DNA of 52,103 nt from NCBI RefSeq assembly GCF_001194135.2, contig NC_068984.1, forward strand, positions 52,435,615 through 52,487,717. Direction: 5' to 3'. This document shows, piece after piece, positions 49,001-52,103 of this stretch. Made by a program: the position numbers and the translations under genes. This stretch comes from Octopus bimaculoides (Eukaryota). Below the pieces are notes generated by a model, which was given only the letters and a program-made list of their open reading frames with translations, was not told the origin of the DNA and made no database searches. Numbering within the stretch: the first letter of the stretch is position 1; every line of letters starts with the position of its first letter.

Positions 49001-49663
49001 GAACCTTTCCAAGTTGTTGAAGTTGACGATGAACAGTTGTATGGTTTGAACTAAGCTTTATTGCCAATTCTTTAATTGATAATGCAGGATTTTCTTCAAG
49101 TAATGCCTCAAGGAGCTTATCATCAAACTCAACTGGACATCCTGTTCGATCTTCATCTTCAAGGCTGAAATCTCCACTTCTGGATTTAGCAAACCATCTT
49201 CTACAAGTTCTTTCATTCAAGCATTCTTTCCCATAAACTGAGTGTATGTTTCGAGTCTCTTCGGCTGCAGAGTTTCCTTTTTTGTACTCGTAAAGCATTA
49301 TGTGCCTCAAATGCTCTTTGGATNNNNNNNNNNNNNNNNNNNNNNNNNNNNNNNNNNNNNNNNNNNNNNNNNNNNNNNNNNNNNNNNNNNNNNNNNNNNN
49401 NNNNNNNNNNNNNNNNNNNNNNNNNNNNNNNNNNNNNNNNNNNNNNNNNNNNNNNNNNNNNNNCTAGAATGTCTCTCCTTTTTGCCATTTTCTTTAGATG
49501 TTCTTATGATTATTACAAAAATCTATACTAATTTTGAATACCATTTCATATTTTGATATACTTGCTGATATTTAAACAAGGTTCGTTTACTTTTATTTCC
49601 TTACATTACAGGCAAAGCTTGTTCCGGCTTCCAACGTATTTTTTGGTTCTACACACAACAAAG
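15988..49663 (+). CDS. ASPSCR1: ASPSCR1/TUG (ASPL, UBXD9) orthologue, 16 coding exons in window, 3'-incomplete (overall span)
   Basis: The spliced translation matches human TUG in order: UBL1 (CPNGRR..TTLLQILEDCC), [76 protein letters not shown]. All introns are GT-AG with matching phases. No stop codon is reached in the window. Confidence 0.93.
16455..16578 (+). mobile_element. SINE family B, 3' part
   Basis: ccgccgaggttgactttgcctttcggggtcgataaattaggtac...cgggccttgtgcctagaatagaaaagaat. Confidence 0.8.
18520..18601. repeat. Near-perfect 82-nt palindrome
   Basis: ttgcaagtttgagctcctaaaagttatgagtttacaaat-tat-atttgtaaacttataactttttaggagctcaaacttgcaa; one G-T pair and one extra T. Confidence 0.9.
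18602..20215 (+). mobile_element. 5'-truncated RTE-clade LINE (RT plus 3'UTR with (GAT)n tail)
   Basis: EKAFDRVP at 18602, [22 protein letters not shown], Cys-rich [31 protein letters not shown]; frameshifts and stops; the 3'UTR matches dispersed family C. Confidence 0.92.
20243..20301 (+). CDS. ASPSCR1: TUG exon 2 ([19 protein letters not shown])
   Basis: tttaaag|ATA ... AT|gtaagt; resembles human VLEDTCRRQDFNPCEYDLK; phase 0 to 2. Confidence 0.88.
21193..21570 (+). mobile_element. SINE family A (older copy)
   Basis: ggcatggctgtgtgattaagaag...gtaaaagataaaagataag. Confidence 0.75.
22220..22480 (-). mobile_element. RTE-tail-like family C
   Basis: (ATC)n then atttaacatctgctttccatgctggc...ggatgcccttcctaac. 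Confidence 0.75.
22791..23006 (+). CDS. ASPSCR1: TUG exon 3 ([26 protein letters not shown]...[13 protein letters not shown])
   Basis: ttttcag|G ... AG|gtgagt; 216 nt, phase 2 to 2; strong similarity to the human UBL1/UBL2 region. Confidence 0.93.
23100..24602 (+). mobile_element. Helitron remnant with PIF1-family helicase fragment and intact 3' terminus
   Basis: [74 protein letters not shown]; 3' hairpin TACCCG-agcaacgc-CGGGTA (24573-24592) then CTAG|T at 24599-24603. The 5' boundary is uncertain. Confidence 0.88.
24757..24841 (+). CDS. ASPSCR1: TUG exon 4 ([28 protein letters not shown])
   Basis: cctacag|C ... GAG|gttagt; PICIYMREE resembles human PVCVYTRDE; phase 2 to 0. Confidence 0.88.
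25300..25607 (-). mobile_element. SINE family E
   Basis: ggaagaccaacagtcacccatgaataccagcctccctcctc...cttgctcaagaacacaac...ctaaccactgtaccatgcacc. Confidence 0.75.
25961..26006 (-). ncRNA. Minimal type-I hammerhead ribozyme-like motif (degenerate), copy 1
   Basis: The minus strand reads GACAC-CTGATGA-A-GGCTG-gagggtatat-CAGCT-GAAAC-ATT-GTGTT: stem I, core and stem II are present, and the position-16.2 G is changed to A. Confidence 0.5.
26204..26249 (+). ncRNA. Minimal type-I hammerhead ribozyme-like motif (degenerate), copy 2
   Basis: GACAC-CTGATGA-A-GGCTG-gagggtatat-CAGCC-AAAAC-ATT-GTGTT; the core GAAA is mutated to AAAA, so probably inactive. Confidence 0.45.
26511..26584 (+). CDS. ASPSCR1: TUG exon 5 ([25 protein letters not shown])
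   Basis: gtttag|ATT ... CG|gtaatt; resembles human VTGEAALRGTTLQSLGLTGGSATIR; phase 0 to 2. Confidence 0.92.
26640..26850 (-). mobile_element. SINE family B
   Basis: cccagtactcaactggtacttattttattgaccccaaatggatgaaatgcaaagtc...gacagcttgccacc. Confidence 0.75.
26960..27135 (+). mobile_element. SINE family A, 3' half
   Basis: ccaccatttgacaactagtgttgg...gtaaaagataaaaga. Confidence 0.7.
27288..27603 (+). CDS. ASPSCR1: TUG linker exon 6a (copy 1 of duplicated cassette; LVHRQVDDV...[10 protein letters not shown]...QQQQQK)
   Basis: tgtctag|G ... AAA|gtatgt; 316 nt open, phase 2 to 0; continues the frame of exon 5. Confidence 0.82.
28757..28959. mobile_element. Tc1/mariner-type MITE present only in duplicate copy 1
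   Basis: TA|cagggtgagtcaaaagta ... tactttttgactctg|TA imperfect TIRs with TA flanks. Confidence 0.4.
29307..29335 (+). CDS. ASPSCR1: TUG micro-exon 7a (HQERNFANE)
   Basis: cttccag|CAC ... AG|gttagt; 29 nt, phase 0 to 2; paralogous to 31538-31566 and needed to join 6a to 6b in frame. Confidence 0.7.
29670..29878 (+). mobile_element. RTE-tail-like family C at the junction between duplicate copies
   Basis: gtgccacgtaaaaagcaccc...aagggcatccaactgtagaaacc...tttagatgatgatga. Confidence 0.75.
29978..30302 (+). CDS. ASPSCR1: TUG linker exon 6b (copy 2; LVHGETEGT...[10 protein letters not shown]...QQQQQQE)
   Basis: tgtgtag|G ... GAA|gtaatt; 325 nt open, phase 2 to 0; clearly homologous to exon 6a. 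Confidence 0.8.
30345..30683 (+). mobile_element. RTE-tail-like family C, young copy just downstream of exon 6b
   Basis: gtggccgttgccagtaccgcctgactggc...ttaggaagggcatccagctgtagaaac...gacgttaaacgatgatgatg. Confidence 0.88.
31538..31566 (+). CDS. ASPSCR1: TUG micro-exon 7b (LQDRTYSQE)
   Basis: ctttcag|TTG ... AG|gtaagt; 29 nt, phase 0 to 2. Confidence 0.72.
31684..31756 (+). pseudogene. tRNA-like sequence (Thr, CGT anticodon) pseudogene or orphan SINE head
   Basis: 73 nt; acceptor GGACAGT/GCTGGCC (1 mismatch), A box TAGCTTAATGGT, T arm GTGAG-TTCGAGT-CTCAT; anticodon loop TGCGTAA, but the anticodon stem is disrupted. Confidence 0.55.
32080..32480. mobile_element. Two family C copies, tail to tail (+ 32080-32325; - 32330-32480)
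   Basis: aagggcatccagctgtagaaac...gttaaatgatgatg followed by catttaacatctgccttccatgc. Confidence 0.7.
32797..33137 (+). mobile_element. SINE family E, full length
   Basis: tRNA-like head cagtggttacagcgtcgggctcacaatcatgaggtagtgagtttgattccc, CORE-like ttgtgttcttg...tgttgaaatgag, tail ggggtctttacctttt; a further - strand head lies at 33225-33340. Confidence 0.8.
33879..36721 (-). mobile_element. Complete non-autonomous Helitron with internal ~625-bp tandem repeats (contains gap)
   Basis: Minus-strand 5' end A|TCTATACTATAAAGGG at 36721; 3' hairpin ACCCG-gacaacgt-CGGGT then CTGCTAG|T at 33879; A|T target. Confidence 0.8.
35087..36352. repeat. Two near-identical ~625-bp tandem units
   Basis: aggggtcaatataatcgactattctccacctgcccgaagc begins at 35087 and again at 35712. 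Confidence 0.95.
36910..36934 (+). CDS. ASPSCR1: TUG micro-exon 8 (SDKESDDFE)
   Basis: Long pyrimidine tract, ttttag|T ... GAG|gtaagt; 25 nt, phase 2 to 0; bridges 7b and exon 9 in frame. Confidence 0.72.
37219..37490. repeat. Degenerate 24-bp minisatellite (~11 units, taaaagYRcccgtgYRgYgacatg)
   Basis: Visible 23-26 bp periodicity; produces ORFs with 8-aa periodicity. Confidence 0.85.
37565..38805 (+). mobile_element. Penelope-like retroelement (RT and GIY-YIG endonuclease), 5'-truncated, frameshifted
   Basis: [17 protein letters not shown] (YVDD-type), [63 protein letters not shown]. Confidence 0.88.
38880..39110. repeat. Degenerate TG/TA microsatellite
   Basis: Low-complexity run. Confidence 0.8.
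39444..39680. mobile_element. MITE/foldback with ~70-bp near-perfect inverted arms
   Basis: tcatctctactaaatgtcaccactctgttctattttatttttgtttactgcc... pairs with ...gcagtaaacaaaaataaaatagaacagagtggggacatttcgtagagatga. Confidence 0.75.
39680..40065. repeat. CA/TA microsatellites
   Basis: (TACA)-like run at 39680-39800 and (TA)n at 39950-40005. Confidence 0.85.
40089..40155 (+). CDS. ASPSCR1: TUG exon 9 ([22 protein letters not shown])
   Basis: cttacag|ATA ... G|gtaagt; positionally equivalent to human VDREPVVCHP; phase 0 to 1. Confidence 0.82.
40465..40740 (-). mobile_element. RTE-tail-like family C
   Basis: catcatcatcatctttctgttttccatgcgggcatggg...gctgcccttcctaacaccaacc. Confidence 0.75.
41165..41237 (+). 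CDS. ASPSCR1: TUG exon 10 ([24 protein letters not shown])
   Basis: tatag|AT ... TT|gtgagt; resembles human ELPDEFFELTVDDVRR; phase 1 to 2. Confidence 0.92.
42170..43860 (-). mobile_element. Degenerate CR1/L2-group LINE RT fragment, interrupted by a SINE
   Basis: The minus strand gives broken ..[23 protein letters not shown].. and ..[21 protein letters not shown].., resembling the LFRCRxYFT..LYK..RPxMEYC and NYRPI RT motifs. Confidence 0.5.
43140..43365 (+). mobile_element. RTE-tail-like family C, young, inserted in the LINE relic
   Basis: gtggccgttgccagtaccgcc...ggacgttaaacggtgatgatgatg. Confidence 0.85.
44288..44436 (+). CDS. ASPSCR1: TUG exon 11 ([11 protein letters not shown]...[20 protein letters not shown]), UBX start
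   Basis: gaacag|C ... G|gtatgt; resembles human EEAPLVTKAFRE...LRVLFPDRYVLQGFFRPSE; phase 2 to 1. Confidence 0.93.
44527..45100 (+). mobile_element. Helentron/DINE-like non-autonomous element
   Basis: 5' gagcactcagagagtgcaaacatccgccaagg; 3' hairpin acctcc...ggcggaggt whose arm is inverted to the 5' subterminal motif; internal duplicated 30-bp motif aatccagaatccttgtc..gtacc. Confidence 0.5.
45897..45959 (+). CDS. ASPSCR1: TUG exon 12 ([21 protein letters not shown])
   Basis: ttacag|TG ... T|gtaagt; resembles human VGDLRDFVRSHLGNPELSFYL; phase 1 to 1. Confidence 0.9.
46790..47020. mobile_element. Two SINE B fragments in opposite orientation
   Basis: ttctgagttcaatttccaccaaggtcaactttgcctttcatcc (+) and actggtacttcattttattgatcccagaaggatga (-). 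Confidence 0.55.
47399..47451 (+). CDS. ASPSCR1: TUG exon 13 ([18 protein letters not shown])
   Basis: ttgacag|AT ... TCA|gtaagt; resembles human FITPPKTVLDDHTQTLFQ; phase 1 to 0. Confidence 0.9.
47600..47746 (+). mobile_element. RTE-tail-like family C, 3' part
   Basis: ttaggaagggcatccaactgtagaaaacc...ggacattaaatgatgatgatg. Confidence 0.8.
48228..49323 (-). mobile_element. Mariner transposon, nearly complete pseudogenised transposase; 5' end lost in the gap
   Basis: [70 protein letters not shown]; TA|tcaggttatcccataag TIR at 48226-48244. Confidence 0.92.
49612..49663 (+). CDS. ASPSCR1: TUG exon 14 ([17 protein letters not shown])
   Basis: ttacag|GCA ... G|gtgcgc; resembles human ANLFPAALVHLG; phase 0 to 1. 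No further exon recognised in the window. Confidence 0.85.
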
Positions 49664-49729
49664 GTGCGCATATAATTTTAATCTGTTTTGGGCTTTTATT
49701 TGTTTATTTATATGATTAAGCAAAAGTAT

Positions 49730-49900
49730 AGCTATGTGACTAAGCAGTTCACCTCCCAACCATGTGCTTTTGGGTTCAGTTCCACTGCATGATACTTTGG
49801 ACAAAAATCTTTTAGTAGAGACCTAAACCAACCAAAGCTTTATGAGTAGATTTGGTAGATAGAGACTGAAAGAAGCTCATCGTGTGTGTGTGTGTGTGAT
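49730..49900 (+). mobile_element. SINE family A, 5' half
   Basis: gctatgtgactaagcag...ccaaagctttatgagtagatttggtagat. Confidence 0.65.
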
Positions 49901-50385
49901 AGATATGTGACATGTATATTTTTTTCAGACAATCATACTGACTTTCCCGTAACAGCATGTATGTCAACTTGTTAATTTTGGATAATTCCTGATTCATGAG
50001 ATTATCTCCCCTTCTCGTTTGGCGTTGGTACCGATTTCCACCATGGAAAATTAGTTTACTTGCTCTGGAAACCAGAGACAATTTCAGTAAATCGAGAATT
50101 TATCTGGTAGGTTATCTAATATACCCTTATTATTTTTTGTTTTAATGTTCATGCCCACTATGCTCGTTTTTATTTTATATCCGAACAAAGAGTTATTAAT
50201 AAGAGATTAGTAATCTAAGCAAAATACTTTTTGGTGCTTGGCATTGAAATCCAGGTAATCTGAAGGTGAGATCTGAAGTCAAAGTCCATCACCAGTTGAC
50301 ATAGTAAATCCATTTTTACATTACCTAGTTAGTATAGTATGTTTTCACAAAGTGATACACAAGAAAAAGACAAATAATAGGCTTT

Positions 50386-50607
50386 ATGCATTTATTTGTG
50401 AATTATAGACTTACAGCTGCTGTTTCTTATATGCATTTCGAGAGCATTCGTGATTCAGTTAACTCAGCCGATTAACTGATTGATTGGAAATGCAGTGAAT
50501 GCTACTGTTGTCAGTCCAACACACCAACTGCAGTAAACTAAATCATGAATGCACCCAAAATGCATATCAAATACAGGTATAAGTTTATAATGCACAAATA
50601 AATGTAT
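50386..50607. mobile_element. Degenerate MITE/foldback with ~78-bp inverted arms
   Basis: atgcatttatttgtgaattatagactta...gcattcgtgattcagttaact versus the reverse complement of agtaaactaaatcatgaatgc...tataatgcacaaataaatgtat. Confidence 0.6.
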
Positions 50608-50934
50608 CCAGTCCATTATTTATACCTTTTACTTTTATTTATATATACCAACCAGAGGCACAGGGACTTTTAAATGCAAGTTACAAAATTTTTGGCTCAA
50701 AAAACATAAAACAAATACATGAGTGGACAGGAGGTACATATATTTTTTAATGAGTTTGACTTAGCTCCATAAATGTCTTGAGTGCATAGGACACACCCAT
50801 CTCATCAGATTTCTGATTAGATGAATGTGTCTTACATACCCACAAAACTTTGTCATATGGAACCAAGTCAAATTGTTATTAAAATATACATACATAGTTA
50901 TTCAACAGAATTTTTTCACAAATATAAACTAACA

Positions 50935-51097
50935 GGCGTAGGAGTGGCTGTGTGGTAAGTAGCTTGCTAACCAACCACATGGTCCCGGGTTCAGTCCCAC
51001 TGCGTGGCACCTTGGGCAAGTGTCTTCTACTATAGCCTCGGGCCGACCAAAGCCTTGTGAGTGGATTTGGCAGACGGAAACTGAAAGAAGCCCGTCG

Positions 51098-51138
<41 letters not shown>

Positions 51139-51348
51139 ATATGTTTGTGTGTCTGTGTTTGTCCCCCCAACATCACTTGACAACCGATGCTGGTGTGTTT
51201 ATGTCCACGTAACTTCGCAGTTCGACAAAAAGTGACCGATTGAATAAGTACTAGGCATCCAAAGAATAAGTCCTGGGGTCGATTTGCTCGACTAAAGGCA
51301 GTGCTCCAGCATGGCCGCAGTCAAATGACTAAAACAAGTAAAAGAGTA
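50935..51348 (+). mobile_element. SINE family A, full length, young
   Basis: ggcgtaggagtggctgtgtggtaagtagc head with ggttcagtccc B-box-like motif, (TA)(TG) core, acaagtaaaagagta tail. Confidence 0.92.
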
Positions 51349-51864
51349 GACCCACACACACATAAACGTGTGTGTGTTTGTTTATATTTGCACACCACCT
51401 AATTCATGAGCTACAAGTAGTGTTGGTAGTATATCTCTTGTTAACAAATCATCTTCTCACTTTAAACCTTCAAATATGTATGCAGTAAGAGATCCCTCAC
51501 TTGGAAAACAGGCAAGGGCTTACAACAAGAAGGGCATCTGACTATAAAGCATAAACGTAAAAAGAATAAATAATATATATATATATTATTTCAGTATTCT
51601 TGCTTAGAGATTAAAATTACCTGTATCACTTAATGATTTTAACTCTGTCACTGATTGTTAACCATCTCATTAAAACTGATCATGAATTACATCCCTTGTC
51701 TTAAATTGACTATACTTTATAAAAATCCATGGGGGCGATGTGCAATATGTTGTATCTTTTATTTGTTTCTATAACTAGACTCTGACCAACCTGGGACTCT
51801 ATCTTCAAGAGTTTTAATTGAACATTCAGTCCCATGTTTTTTTTTTCCGGCTCTGGTACTTCTG

Positions 51865-52103
51865 TTGGTTTCTTATACAAAACTGCTAAGTTATGGGGGA
51901 TGTAAACAAACCAACAGGTGTCAAGTGGGGAGGGAACACACACATATATATAGGTGCAGGTGTGGCTGTGTAATAAGAAGCCTGCTTCCCAACTAAATGG
52001 TTGCATGGTACCTTAGGCAAGTGTCCTCTACTACAGCGTCGGGCCAACCAAAGTCTTGTGAGTGGATTTGGCAGTCAAACTGAAAGTCTATTGTATATAT
52101 ATA
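51865..52103. mobile_element. SINE A fragments (- then +), truncated at the window end
   Basis: ctgctaagttatggggg (-) and ggtgcaggtgtggctgtgtaataag (+). Confidence 0.6.

Noticed and set aside
49664-52103. Further TUG exon candidates (e.g. acceptors near 50090, 50416 and 51594)
   Set aside because: They give early stops, lack similarity to the TUG C-terminus, or lie inside a foldback element.

Overview
Eukaryotic, AT-rich, repeat-dense animal DNA with three N-gaps (6945-7237, 34221-35086, 49324-49463). The SINE families, RTE tails and microsatellite load point to an octopus genome (inference). One host gene is supported: a + strand ASPSCR1/TUG (tether containing UBX domain for GLUT4) orthologue. 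I assembled 16 coding exons by hand from 15988 to 49663 (1696 nt, about 565 codons). All junctions are GT-AG and phase-compatible, and the 3' end lies beyond the window. The most unusual feature is a tandemly duplicated, phase-symmetric two-exon cassette (316+29 nt and 325+29 nt) in the TUG linker; both copies are open, with intact splice sites. The rest is transposon-derived: an RTE LINE, two Penelope-like fragments, CR1/L2-group and RLE LINE relics, two mariners, two Helitrons, a Helentron-like element, MITEs and four SINE-like families. An inverted pair of repeats carries a minimal hammerhead-ribozyme-like motif. Nearly all other ORFs in the supplied track are microsatellite, gap or SINE artefacts. 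All alignments were done by eye, and no database search was run.
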